41,553 bases of DNA from a virus (lineage: Duplodnaviria; Heunggongvirae; Uroviricota; Caudoviricetes): IMG/VR virus record IMGVR_UViG_2534681759_000006; one strand, written 5' to 3'. Below, in pieces: positions 1 to 8,702 of the stretch (positions are counted from its first letter, which is position 1; the number at the start of each line of letters is the position of its first letter). A program made the translations under genes and the position numbers. The notes under the pieces are model-generated. The model did no database searches, was not told where the DNA came from, and was given only the letters and a program-made list of their open reading frames with translations.

Positions 1-1254
1 ATGCTGGAACAAATGGGCATTGCCGCGAAGCAAGCCTCGTATAAATTAGCGCAACTCTCCAGCCGCGAAAAAAATCGCGTGCTGGAAAAAATCGCCGATG
101 AACTGGAAGCACAAAGCGAAATCATCCTCAACGCTAACGCCCAGGATGTTGCTGACGCGCGTGCCAATGGCCTTGGCGAAGCGATGCTTGACCGTCTGGC
201 ACTGACGCCCGCACGGCTGAAAGGCATTGCCGATGATGTGCGCCAGGTGTGTAACCTCGCCGATCCGGTGGGGCAGGTAATCGATGGCAGCGTACTGGAC
301 AGCGGCCTGCGTCTTGAGCGTCGTCGCGTGCCGCTGGGGGTGATTGGCGTGATTTATGAAGCGCGCCCGAACGTGACGGTTGATGTCGCTTCGCTGTGCC
401 TGAAAACCGGTAATGCGGTGATCCTGCGTGGTGGCAAAGAAACCTGTCGCACTAACGCGGCAACGGTGGCGGTGATTCAGGACGCCCTGAAATCCTGTGG
501 CTTACCGGCGGGTGCCGTGCAGGCGATTGATAATCCTGACCGTGCGCTGGTCAGTGAAATGCTGCGTATGGATAAATACATCGACATGCTGATCCCGCGC
601 GGCGGGGCTGGTTTGCATAAACTGTGCCGCGAACAGTCGACAATCCCGGTGATCACAGGTGGTATAGGCGTATGCCATATTTACGTTGATGAAAGCGCAG
701 AGATCGCTGAAGCATTAAAAGTGATCGTCAACGCGAAAACTCAGCGACCGAGCACATGTAATACGGTAGAAACGTTGCTGGTGAATAAAAACATCGCCGA
801 TAGCTTCCTGCCCGCATTAAGCAAACAAATGGCGGAAAGCGGCGTGACATTACACGCAGATGCAGCTGCGCTGGCGCAGTTGCAGACAGGCCCTGCGAAG
901 GTGGTGGCGGTTAAAGCCGAAGAGTATGACGATGAATTTCTGTCATTAGATTTGAACGTTAAAATCGTCAGCGATCTTGACGATGCCATCGCCCATATTC
1001 GTGAACACGGCACACAACACTCCGATGCGATCCTGACCCGCGATATGCGCAACGCCCAGCGTTTTGTTAACGAAGTGGATTCGTCCGCTGTTTACGTTAA
1101 CGCCTCTACGCGTTTTACCGACGGCGGCCAGTTTGGTCTGGGTGCGGAAGTGGCGGTAAGCACACAAAAACTCCACGCGCGTGGCCCAATGGGGCTGGAA
1201 GCACTGACCACTTACAAGTGGATCGGCATTGGTGATTACACCATTCGTGCGTAA
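1..1254 (+). CDS. proA: gamma-glutamyl phosphate reductase (complete, 417 aa)
   Basis: Full-length ORF; translation recognisable as enterobacterial ProA (aldehyde dehydrogenase fold; the length matches E. coli ProA). Window begins at its ATG. Confidence 0.95.
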   Translation: MLEQMGIAAKQASYKLAQLSSREKNRVLEKIADELEAQSEIILNANAQDVADARANGLGEAMLDRLALTPARLKGIADDVRQVCNLADPVGQVIDGSVLDSGLRLERRRVPLGVIGVIYEARPNVTVDVASLCLKTGNAVILRGGKETCRTNAATVAVIQDALKSCGLPAGAVQAIDNPDRALVSEMLRMDKYIDMLIPRGGAGLHKLCREQSTIPVITGGIGVCHIYVDESAEIAEALKVIVNAKTQRPSTCNTVETLLVNKNIADSFLPALSKQMAESGVTLHADAAALAQLQTGPAKVVAVKAEEYDDEFLSLDLNVKIVSDLDDAIAHIREHGTQHSDAILTRDMRNAQRFVNEVDSSAVYVNASTRFTDGGQFGLGAEVAVSTQKLHARGPMGLEALTTYKWIGIGDYTIRA

Positions 1255-1368
1255 ATAAAACCGGGTGATGCAAAAGTAGCCATTTGATTCACAAGGCCAT
1301 TGACGCATCGCCCGGTTAGTTTTAACCTTGTCCACCGTGATTCACGTTCGTGAACATGTCCTTTCAGG

Positions 1369-1444
1369 GCCGATATAGCTCAGTTGGTAGAGCAGCGCAT
1401 TCGTAATGCGAAGGTCGTAGGTTCGACTCCTATTATCGGCACCA
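1369..1444 (+). tRNA. thrW: tRNA-Thr (anticodon CGT), prophage integration target
   Basis: 76-nt cloverleaf GCCGATATAGCTCAGTTGGTAGAGCAGCGCATTCGTAATGCGAAGGTCGTAGGTTCGACTCCTATTATCGGCACCA with CCA end; anticodon loop TTCGTAAT gives CGT; location directly downstream of proA as for thrW. Confidence 0.9.
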
Positions 1445-1458
1445 TTTAAATCAATAAG

Positions 1459-2622
1459 TTACACATCATTAGTACCTTCCTTATTTTTTGACTGGGACAA
1501 ATTTGGGACCGATGGGTTCAGGATCGAGTCTATTTGCCGTGCGTGTTCGGTAAGGTGATTAGGTGCAAGGTGAGCATATCGACGAACCATTTCGATAGAC
1601 TCCCAGCCTCCCATTTCCTGTAACACTGACAACGGGACTCCGGCTTGAACCAGCCAACTTGCCCAGGTGTGTCTCAAGTCGTGAAATCTGAAATCATCAA
1701 TACCAGCCCGTCTCAGCGCCGCTTTCCAGGCTGTGTTTGCGTCATACCGCATCTTCCTTACTGTTGGCGCTTTCGTTCCGTCTGGTTTGGTACAGCTTTC
1801 CTTGTACACAAATACCCAACGGTGATGATTCCCGATTTGTTTTTTCAGTACGCGACATGCAGTATCATTCAGCGCAACGCCAATTGCGCGGTTTGATTTA
1901 CTCTCTTCCGGGTTTATCCATGCCACCCGGCGCTGCATATCTATTTGTTGCCATTCAAGGTTGATGATGTTCGAGCGTCTTAGGCCTGTTGCCAGTGCAA
2001 ATTCAACAACAGACTTTAATGGCTCCGGACATTCATCAATCAGTCTTTGTGCTTCATGGGGCTCCAGCCAGCGGATCCGTTTATTCTTTGGTTGGGGCAC
2101 TTTAATAATTGGTGCCTTATCCAGCATTTTCCATTCACGCTCTGCGGCTCTTAGTAGGGCCTTTATAAATGAAAGATGCATAGCCTTCGTTGCAACGGAC
2201 GCTGGTTTTGGCGTGTATTCTGGAACAGGTTTCCCTTTTTTTCTGCATGCTTCTGCCCTGAGTTTCCAGTTTTCCTCATGACGCCGGTTCGTCATTTTCT
2301 GCATTGCTGAATAAATTTTTGATTCAGTAATGTCTCTTAGTTGCATTCCTGCGAAATGTTGAAGCCAGAATCCGATCCGGCTTTTGTCATCGTCCAGTGA
2401 TTTTTTATGTGCTTTCTCTTCAAGCCACCTGACACACGCTTCCTCGAACGTTATATCAGGTATTTCACCAAGTTTGCTGACCCGCCATGCTTCAGCCTTT
2501 AGCTTGTCATGGAGTTCTGTCGCCTGCCTTTTGTCCTTTGTTCCAAGAGACTGTTTAAATCTTTTACCGTTCGGCAATGTGAAACTGGCGTACCATATTT
2601 CACCTCTGCGGAAGAGTGACAT
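1459..2622 (-). CDS. int: phage tyrosine integrase (387 aa)
   Basis: N-terminus [14 protein letters not shown]...GKR typical of lambda-family integrases; C-terminal HDLRHTWAS...VRRYAH catalytic motifs (R, H-x-x-R, Y); GAGGA SD upstream; ends 15 nt from the tRNA 3' end. Confidence 0.9.
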   Translation of the reverse strand: MSLFRRGEIWYASFTLPNGKRFKQSLGTKDKRQATELHDKLKAEAWRVSKLGEIPDITFEEACVRWLEEKAHKKSLDDDKSRIGFWLQHFAGMQLRDITESKIYSAMQKMTNRRHEENWKLRAEACRKKGKPVPEYTPKPASVATKAMHLSFIKALLRAAEREWKMLDKAPIIKVPQPKNKRIRWLEPHEAQRLIDECPEPLKSVVEFALATGLRRSNIINLEWQQIDMQRRVAWINPEESKSNRAIGVALNDTACRVLKKQIGNHHRWVFVYKESCTKPDGTKAPTVRKMRYDANTAWKAALRRAGIDDFRFHDLRHTWASWLVQAGVPLSVLQEMGGWESIEMVRRYAHLAPNHLTEHARQIDSILNPSVPNLSQSKNKEGTNDV

Positions 2623-2849
2623 TTTCTTTCCTCTGTTATGCCATCACCCGCGCTCACCTGGACAGTATGCAGCGGAGACTGAAGAGCCGCAATGCAGGCT
2701 TGTCGTGTTGTGAGGTAAGGAGATTTATTCTTAGTGGGATCTTTGCGTGTTGCCTGAAGACGCCCTGTGCGTATCCAGTTAATGGCAGTCGGTCTGGATA
2801 TCTTGAGAAAATGACAGGCCTCATCGAGTGTGAGGCTGTATGGCTCCAT
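2499..2849 (-). CDS. xis: excisionase-like HTH protein (AlpA/Xis-like), start taken at internal Met ([15 protein letters not shown]...)
   Basis: Small HTH motif [26 protein letters not shown]; start ATG overlaps the upstream gene's stop (TAATG); 3' end overlaps int 5' end as in lambda xis-int. The first 28 codons of the track ORF look like a spurious extension. Confidence 0.5.
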   Translation of the reverse strand: MEPYSLTLDEACHFLKISRPTAINWIRTGRLQATRKDPTKNKSPYLTTRQACIAALQSPLHTVQVSAGDGITEERKCHSSAEVKYGTPVSHCRTVKDLNSLLEQRTKGRRQNSMTS

Positions 2850-3436
2850 TATTTCACCTCTTGCTGTGACATTGTTGAAAAATGGATACCAGCTCGTTGC
2901 TGCCAGACGATCCAACCGAGAGTCATATCCCATGCCATGTATTCGTTATCGCCGTTTTTTGCTCTCCGACGATCTACTAAGTCACCGAAACGCTTTTCCA
3001 TGAATAATTCATAAGCTTCGCGTTCATCTGGTTCTACTTCCAGAGATAGGAGTGCGATTTCATAAGCACGGCGCTCAATATCGTCTCGCACGTCAAGGCT
3101 GCTGATACGCTCTTTAATTTCTTTAATCAGTTCTTTGTCGGTAAAAGTGGTCATTATGCTCCAGCCTCCGGTTTCTTTTTGTCCCCAGGTGTACCAGAGA
3201 GAACGCCAGCCAATTAGCCAGCCTTCTCCGTTAGCATCGAATAACAAAACACTTTCATTTGCTGGTGGCAGTTCAGTTGACACTGGTATTACTTTGTTTT
3301 CCTGTGCTGCACATTTAGCTTCAAGCGCATCGAATTTACGCACCAGGTATTCAGCATCTGTTTCATTTACTTTCAGATCTCGCGGTACACATCTCCCACG
3401 AAGAAACCCTTCCATTTCGAAAACATTCATGCGCAT
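2849..3436 (-). CDS. DUF551-like phage protein (195 aa), function unknown
   Basis: Motif IPVSTELPP...VLLFDANGEGWLIGW resembles the DUF551 signature common in lambdoid early-left regions; operonic with neighbours. Confidence 0.5.
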   Translation of the reverse strand: MRMNVFEMEGFLRGRCVPRDLKVNETDAEYLVRKFDALEAKCAAQENKVIPVSTELPPANESVLLFDANGEGWLIGWRSLWYTWGQKETGGWSIMTTFTDKELIKEIKERISSLDVRDDIERRAYEIALLSLEVEPDEREAYELFMEKRFGDLVDRRRAKNGDNEYMAWDMTLGWIVWQQRAGIHFSTMSQQEVK

Positions 3437-3963
3437 TTGCGTAACTCCGATAACTCGTTAAAGCGTTCCATAAACATCCCGTAGGCATGGCCCGGTGCCA
3501 GTGGAATCACGTTGAACATCTCTGTTGCCGGGATACCTTCCAGTACAGGCCAGAAAGAGCCATCATCAAGCCCGAGATCGCGGCGTTCGGTTGCCAGCAT
3601 GATGAGATCGGCATATTTCACGGGCGTACTCATAACTGGGGGTAACCCGTATTTCTCACGGATTACGGCGTCTATTTTTTCTTCCATTTGTTTATAGTCA
3701 GGAAGAAGGCGTTTCAGTGGTGCGGGAATGTCCTGGCAATACGCTTCTGTTGCATCATGCATTAACGCTTCAAAAGCAAATTCCTGCGGCACCAGCTGGC
3801 TGCAAAGAACCGCATGTTGGGCGACGCTGTAGAAGTGCGAAAGATGACCGGCAAAGCGACAGATATTTGAAAGGGAAACCGCGATATCGTTAATATCGAT
3901 GTCGTCTTTATTTATCCTGTCATAATAAAAATGCTTCCCGGAAAAAGTTTTAATAAATGACAT
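3427..3963 (-). CDS. HD-domain 5'-deoxynucleotidase (YfdR/YfbR-like, 178 aa from internal Met)
   Basis: HD-domain motifs (H..H, HDATEAY, D); GGAGA SD 5 nt upstream of the ATG at 3963; size and gene order match the CPS-53 yfdR arrangement. Confidence 0.7.
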   Translation of the reverse strand: MSFIKTFSGKHFYYDRINKDDIDINDIAVSLSNICRFAGHLSHFYSVAQHAVLCSQLVPQEFAFEALMHDATEAYCQDIPAPLKRLLPDYKQMEEKIDAVIREKYGLPPVMSTPVKYADLIMLATERRDLGLDDGSFWPVLEGIPATEMFNVIPLAPGHAYGMFMERFNELSELRKCA

Positions 3964-4090
3964 TTTGTTCTCCACGTATATGCGCTGCACCGCGCTGAAT
4001 TCTGGCAAAAAGAATCCCTCACCATCCGGCGATTATTGAGTAAATTACGTTTCCATAAATGCCCCCGCAGGGGCATTTGCAGTAATGAAA

Positions 4091-4915
4091 TCAGGCGGTG
4101 AAAGTACCAATAAAGGTTTCTACTTTGCTGTCCTTGAATTTCTCAACAAGCAGATCACGAAATTCGTTAGCCATTTCTTCCTGCACCGCCTCCAGCTGAA
4201 TAATGCGCAGAACCAGTACAGGACGATCGCCAGTGATAATACTGAGGCGTAATTTAAACGGACGTTCTTTCAGACCTTCAAACGGAACGCATTTAAATTC
4301 AAATGCCACTGGCATAATGTCTTTGGTCTTCGCTTCGACAGACTCCATCAGGGAGCGTTTGCCACTGAAGTCATTATCTTCAAAATCAGCGGTCTGGTTT
4401 GCTTCAATCGTGATTTTACGGACAGCCGCAGCCGCTTTTGTTGCCTGAATAGCGTCACCATTAGCATCAAAGCCCACAAGATAGTCGGCCCAGTCTTCAA
4501 TCCATTCTGCCAGTGACTTCTGGGAGTTACGCTCGCCGTTAACAGACAACAGAGCAGAGAACGGTGCTGTCTTTTTCAGTTTGAGTGTGGCGGTGTTATC
4601 TGCGTGACCTGGTTCATCAATAGTACCCAGGTTAAGCACACTGACGGCACGCATATTATCAGCATCGATAAAGCAGCGGGTGCCTTCATCTGCAAGATCT
4701 TTAGAATAACGGGTAAAGTCATCGATACTGGCAGTGGAAAGCGCACCACGGAAACGGAAGCGATTTAAATTAAATTTTTCCAGATCATGAATGCGGAAAT
4801 TCTCAGGCAATGCCACAGCATCGGCACCAATCTTACTGATAATTTCATTAACACCCTGAGCAGAAATAAGGGCATGGATTTGATTAATTGCGGTTGCGTC
4901 TAAGTTCTGAGACAT
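4091..4915 (-). CDS. DUF2303 / YfdQ-like prophage protein (274 aa)
   Basis: Length and position (between YfdP-like and YfdR-like genes) match CPS-53 yfdQ; GAGGA SD; assignment from memory of that locus, not a search. Confidence 0.55.
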   Translation of the reverse strand: MSQNLDATAINQIHALISAQGVNEIISKIGADAVALPENFRIHDLEKFNLNRFRFRGALSTASIDDFTRYSKDLADEGTRCFIDADNMRAVSVLNLGTIDEPGHADNTATLKLKKTAPFSALLSVNGERNSQKSLAEWIEDWADYLVGFDANGDAIQATKAAAAVRKITIEANQTADFEDNDFSGKRSLMESVEAKTKDIMPVAFEFKCVPFEGLKERPFKLRLSIITGDRPVLVLRIIQLEAVQEEMANEFRDLLVEKFKDSKVETFIGTFTA

Positions 4916-4980
4916 AATAAGTCCTCACTATATAAAGATATTCAGTGATGAGATAAATAATCAGTTAATTAAAAACGATA

Positions 4981-5343
4981 TTAACGACCTGCTGCGCGGA
5001 GTTTTCCGTCAGGTTCACCGGCAAGAGTCAGTAACTGTCCCTGGTCTTCCTGCAGAATAGTCAGGCGACCACCGCGATTGACATACATCGGCGTTTCGGT
5101 GGTGTCTTCTTCGGAAATTTTCCCGCGGTTAGTCGGGCGAACATATGAGAGTTTGTGTTTGATTTTCACTCGGTTCTCATCAAACGGTTCGATTTCCAGG
5201 TTGAGCGAGACCTTACCTTTGGTTTTCGTGTTCATCACACCGGAAGCGACTTCACTGAGAACTGCGCCGATTTTGGTTTCAAATACGCCGCCGTCCAGCT
5301 CCCCGATAAATGCCTGCACATCAGTACTGCGTTCGCTAGCCAT
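4981..5343 (-). CDS. YfdP-like small protein (120 aa from internal Met MASERSTDVQ...)
   Basis: GAGGAG SD 8 nt upstream of the ATG at 5343; the track's 226-aa ORF extends upstream through a structured non-coding region and is probably not translated there. Confidence 0.55.
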   Translation of the reverse strand: MASERSTDVQAFIGELDGGVFETKIGAVLSEVASGVMNTKTKGKVSLNLEIEPFDENRVKIKHKLSYVRPTNRGKISEEDTTETPMYVNRGGRLTILQEDQGQLLTLAGEPDGKLRAAGR

Positions 5344-5391
5344 TTTGCTGCTCCTCATCATATCGACCCTGCAAGGTCGGTTAGTTTCTCC

Positions 5392-5480
5392 ACAAAACAG
5401 AGAAGAACACCTGCGGTGACTGCCGCCCGGATGGATTGGGTTATGAGCCCGTCGTCCGGTGATGCTCTTCTCTGTTTTGT
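5392..5480. repeat. perfect 15-bp inverted repeat ACAAAACAGAGAAGA / TCTTCTCTGTTTTGT separated by 59 bp (large stem-loop)
   Basis: Read directly; lies in a ~470-bp divergent intergenic region between the YfdP-like gene and the 144-aa gene. Confidence 0.8.
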
Positions 5481-5811
5481 AAAAAGGACGGTACCAGCCG
5501 GAAGCAAGGGTACAAGCTGGTACCGCCAAGACTACACACAGCATAAAGTTGTGGTGCCGGGTGCCTCCCGGTGCCTGGCGAAGGTTGCACACCAGGCGGG
5601 TGGGTATCCACAGAAGGTCGACTGTCAGCCTCAACCTTAACCCGCGTGCGCTGAGCCGCATTCACCACAACGCTAAGGATTCTCTCTGGTTGAAAATACT
5701 TAGCTGTTATGTGCCTGCTTTTAGCCACATCAGGCGAGGTGGACCTAGTTATTCCCCAACAACAAGGATTCGGTTAATCTGGTTATCCCCAACAACGCAA
5801 AAGGAAAAGAA

Positions 5812-6246
5812 ATGTCCGGTAATATCTATACGCTGTACAAATCCCACTGTGAAAATGTTGGAAAGTATCGGGGCATTGAAATCAGTGGGGTAGTGTCATC
5901 AGTCGAAATAAGCAAAGTTGAATCAAGGGCAACATTACTTACTCTTTTGGACCTTGTCTTACATGAGCACCGGAAGAAATTCGGCACTCCCTATAATCAG
6001 TTGAATGGGAAAAAGGCTCTGGTTCACCTTATTCTGATGAAGCATCACTGGATGCCAAAACAGATTAATGAGATGAAATTTGATGAACTTCTTCTTTCAA
6101 TTCAGGATGAACTCACACTTGATAAAATAAGCGTAACCGCCCAGAAATTTTTAGATTATCGAGACTGGAGATCACAAATTCATCACTTTGATGATTTTGA
6201 CGAAAATGAATGGGATCCTAATTTGTCTGCACAATATCTAAAGTAA
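5812..6246 (+). CDS. hypothetical AT-rich protein (144 aa), oriented against the early-left operon
   Basis: AAGGA SD 6 nt upstream; visibly lower GC than neighbours; no recognisable motif. Confidence 0.6.
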   Translation: MSGNIYTLYKSHCENVGKYRGIEISGVVSSVEISKVESRATLLTLLDLVLHEHRKKFGTPYNQLNGKKALVHLILMKHHWMPKQINEMKFDELLLSIQDELTLDKISVTAQKFLDYRDWRSQIHHFDDFDENEWDPNLSAQYLK

Positions 6247-6424
6247 CATCCTGTGATAAAACCGTGATTTCCTGATCCAGTTTTTTTAAAGAGTCTATTG
6301 TTTCCTGTCGATAAGACAGCACTTCACGAAGCTGGTTTATAGCTGCCAGCTTCTTTGTCATCCACTCATAAATTTCCTCATCTGTGTAGCCAGGCGCGAC
6401 GATTTTGGGTTCTGTTTTGTGCAT
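6218..6424 (-). CDS. hypothetical small protein (68 aa from MHKTEP...), first gene leftward of the OL-like operators
   Basis: GAGGAG SD 7 nt upstream of the ATG at 6424; 3' end overlaps the convergent 144-aa gene by 29 bp. Confidence 0.5.
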   Translation of the reverse strand: MHKTEPKIVAPGYTDEEIYEWMTKKLAAINQLREVLSYRQETIDSLKKLDQEITVLSQDVTLDIVQTN

Positions 6425-6481
6425 TTCACATCTCCTCAAGTTATCAGTTACTTGTTGATGGGGACCAGATTGTTAAAGAGC

Positions 6482-6506
6482 TAAGCGTCCTGTAGGGCGC
6501 TTTTTT
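6482..6506 (+). terminator. rho-independent terminator-like hairpin (AGCGTCC tgta GGGCGCT + TTTTTTGTTG)
   Basis: GC-rich stem followed by T-run on the + strand. Confidence 0.5.
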
Positions 6507-6672
6507 GTTGCTAACGAATCATCCTGGACTTCATATGCCCCAGGCGGCTACTTCGTGGGCGTCCTGCCTGTTCGTTTTTGACATTTACTGACTGCTTACG
6601 ACACATGCACCGTGTTGCAACCAGATTTTGTTGTAATCCGGTAGTTGGTCTGGAACAAAAGATAAAATTAAA

Positions 6673-6709
6673 TTGCGAGATATGCAAGTAATATTTGCGA
6701 GGTATGCAA
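6673..6709. promoter_or_regulatory. OL-like operator pair: TTGCGAGATATGCAA and TTGCGAGGTATGCAA, 22 bp apart
   Basis: Two near-identical 15-bp partially palindromic sites (TTGC-N7-GCAA) sharing consensus with the site at 7477..7491. Confidence 0.6.
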
Positions 6710-6720
6710 ATTTATAGGTA

Positions 6721-6743
6721 TTAAAAAGCCACCTTTCGGTGGC
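6721..6743 (-). terminator. rho-independent terminator downstream of the repressor gene (GCCACC GAAA GGTGGC + U5 on minus strand)
   Basis: 6-bp GC stem with GAAA tetraloop followed by five U on the minus-strand transcript, 20 nt past the cI stop. Confidence 0.7.
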
Positions 6744-6763
6744 CGATGGATGGGATATTGAGG

Positions 6764-7456
6764 TTAATTATGTCTCTTAAGGGTTTGCGACTGACTGATT
6801 AAGACCTTTCCAAAGACCATGAATCGGTGTTCGTTTTCGCTAGTAATTCCCCATTCACGGTAAATCTGGTTATCAGAAATCACCAGCAGTTTGTCAGGAA
6901 TCATTTGAAGTCTTTTAACGTATATTTTGTCATCAAAACCAAAGACATATATACCATCACCATCAAACTGATTGATGCTGACATCAACGAAGATGAGATC
7001 TCCTGGCTCAATGGTTGGACACATACTGTCCCCACGAACGTTGATAACTTTGATGTGATTGGCTGGTCGTCCGCCGAACATTGATACAGCATTATCAGTT
7101 CTGTATTCGATGGCATGAATCACATCAATGACATCACCGCCCTGGATAAGGCCATTTCCCGCACTGGCACTGATATCCAGCATTTCAATACGGAACACAT
7201 CCTTCACCTGCGCAACATCCTCATTATTACTGTTTTTATATACAGTATTGCTTTTGTGGGCAGAGGTAAAGAGATCAGCAATATCAACACCTAAGCTCTT
7301 GGCAATATTACTCAGTGTTTGTTCGGTAAATTGTTTTTGCTTACCCGTTTCTAAGCGCGAGATGTTCGCCGCATCTACTCCTATTGCTTCAGCGAGATCG
7401 GCGATTTTCATGTTCTTCGCTTGGCGAAGTTGTCTGACTCGGTTTCCTATGTTCAT
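6764..7456 (-). CDS. cI: CI-type prophage repressor (XRE HTH + S24 LexA-like peptidase domain, 230 aa)
   Basis: N-terminal HTH (KIADLAEAIGVDAANISRLETG), C-terminal S24 signature (GDSM...K); divergent from a Cro-like gene across an operator region. Confidence 0.85.
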   Translation of the reverse strand: MNIGNRVRQLRQAKNMKIADLAEAIGVDAANISRLETGKQKQFTEQTLSNIAKSLGVDIADLFTSAHKSNTVYKNSNNEDVAQVKDVFRIEMLDISASAGNGLIQGGDVIDVIHAIEYRTDNAVSMFGGRPANHIKVINVRGDSMCPTIEPGDLIFVDVSINQFDGDGIYVFGFDDKIYVKRLQMIPDKLLVISDNQIYREWGITSENEHRFMVFGKVLISQSQTLKRHN

Positions 7457-7476
7457 GCGTTTATTACATTTCTTTA

Positions 7477-7550
7477 TTGCGTGATAAGCAAATCAACTTG
7501 CGCAAAATAATTGCGTGAAATAACATGCATAACGCGCAATATTTGGAGGT
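7477..7550. promoter_or_regulatory. OR-like operator/promoter region between cI and cro (TTGCGTGATAAGCAA and related TTGCG motifs)
   Basis: Repeated TTGCG(T/A)G...GCAA motifs in the 97-bp divergent intergenic region; GGAGG SD for cro at 7545..7549. Confidence 0.6.
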
Positions 7551-7553
7551 TAT

Positions 7554-7814
7554 ATGCAATCACCATTACGAAATGTGCGTAAGACGCATGGTTTCACTTT
7601 GCAGCATGTTGCTGCGGGTGTTCAAGTCAATCCAGCGACGTTGAGTCGTATTGAGAGGCTGGAGCAGATTCCATCTATCGAGCTTGCAGAACGTTTAGCC
7701 AATTTTTTTAAGGGTGAAGTCAGCGAAATGCAGATTCTTTATCCGGCACGTTTTCAATCTAGCCAAAACCAGAATGGGTTTAAACCACAGGAACAGGAGG
7801 TGAACCGTGGGTAA
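7554..7814 (+). CDS. cro: Cro-like HTH regulator (86 aa)
   Basis: XRE-type HTH (TLQHVAAGVQVNPATLSRIE); divergent to repressor. Confidence 0.75.
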   Translation: MQSPLRNVRKTHGFTLQHVAAGVQVNPATLSRIERLEQIPSIELAERLANFFKGEVSEMQILYPARFQSSQNQNGFKPQEQEVNRG

Positions 7815-8358
7815 GCATCACTGGAAAGTAGAAAAACAGCCTGAGTGGTACGTGAAAGCTGTCAGAAAAACTATCGCAGCGTTGCCGGGGGGTTACGCTG
7901 AAGCTGCTGACTGGCTGGATGTAACAGAGAACGCATTATTTAACCGCCTTCGTACCGATGGCGATCAGATTTTCCCGCTGGGATGGGCAATGATTTTGCA
8001 ACGTGCTGGTGGAACTCACTTCATTGCTGACGCTGTGGCGCAGTCTGCAAATGGCGTCTTTGTGTCTCTTCCTGATGTCGAGGATGTGGACAACGCCGAT
8101 ATCAACCAACGCCTGCTGGAGGTCATTGAACAGATCGGCAGTTATTCAAAACAGATTCGTTCAGCAATTGAAGACGGTGTAGTGGAACCGCATGAGAAGA
8201 CAGCAATTAACGACGAGCTGTACCTCTCAATTTCGAAGCTGCAGGAGCATGCAGCACTGGTCTACAAAATTTTTTGCATTTCAGAAAGTAATGACGCCCG
8301 CGAGTGTGCAGCTCCGGGCGCCGTGGCGTGTCGTGACTGTGGAGAAACTAACGCATGA
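7807..8358 (+). CDS. CII-like / YdaT-family regulatory protein (183 aa)
   Basis: Position immediately after cro and resemblance to prophage 'regulatory CII family' proteins; family assignment tentative. Confidence 0.45.
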   Translation: MGKHHWKVEKQPEWYVKAVRKTIAALPGGYAEAADWLDVTENALFNRLRTDGDQIFPLGWAMILQRAGGTHFIADAVAQSANGVFVSLPDVEDVDNADINQRLLEVIEQIGSYSKQIRSAIEDGVVEPHEKTAINDELYLSISKLQEHAALVYKIFCISESNDARECAAPGAVACRDCGETNA

Positions 8359-8693
8359 ATAGTTTAACAACACACTACCGTCGCTCGCAACTGATTGCGC
8401 TTCCTGTACCGGGTGGAAAAGCGAAGGTGGAGTATTGCTATGCAGTAAATGTACCAGGTGGCAGGGTAATTGTAACCCACAGCTTTGCAGAGTGGGCTGT
8501 GGGTGATTTTAACCGGCAAAAGGAGACAGTCCTTTGCGACAAGTTAACCGCTGGTTCAAAGATCACTACGGAGTACCCGTCAGAGTCATTCGTTGGGAGC
8601 CGGAAACACAACGGGTTATCTACCTCCGCGAAGGCTATGAGCATGAATGCTTCAGTCCGCTCGAACAGTTTCGTCGTAAATTCAGGGAAATAG
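8355..8693 (+). CDS. hypothetical ORF (112 aa); the C-terminal half may be out of frame with a TTG-start ORF at 8534..8713
   Basis: ATGA overlap with upstream gene; low-complexity C-terminus; an alternative frame with a strong SD reads more protein-like. Confidence 0.3.
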   Translation: MNSLTTHYRRSQLIALPVPGGKAKVEYCYAVNVPGGRVIVTHSFAEWAVGDFNRQKETVLCDKLTAGSKITTEYPSESFVGSRKHNGLSTSAKAMSMNASVRSNSFVVNSGK

Positions 8694-8702
8694 AGGTCGG
8701 TC

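Noticed and set aside
741-1335. Antisense ORFs inside proA (741..1052 and 946..1335, minus strand)
   Set aside because: They lie wholly inside a well-supported conserved gene on the opposite strand, lack SD sequences, and have Arg/Ser-rich composition typical of antisense frames in GC-rich coding DNA.
5392-5480. Retron msr/msd ncRNA (inverted repeats flanking a structured RNA)
   Set aside because: No reverse-transcriptase-sized ORF follows on either strand; neighbours are a 120-aa YfdP-like gene and a 144-aa protein with no RT motifs.
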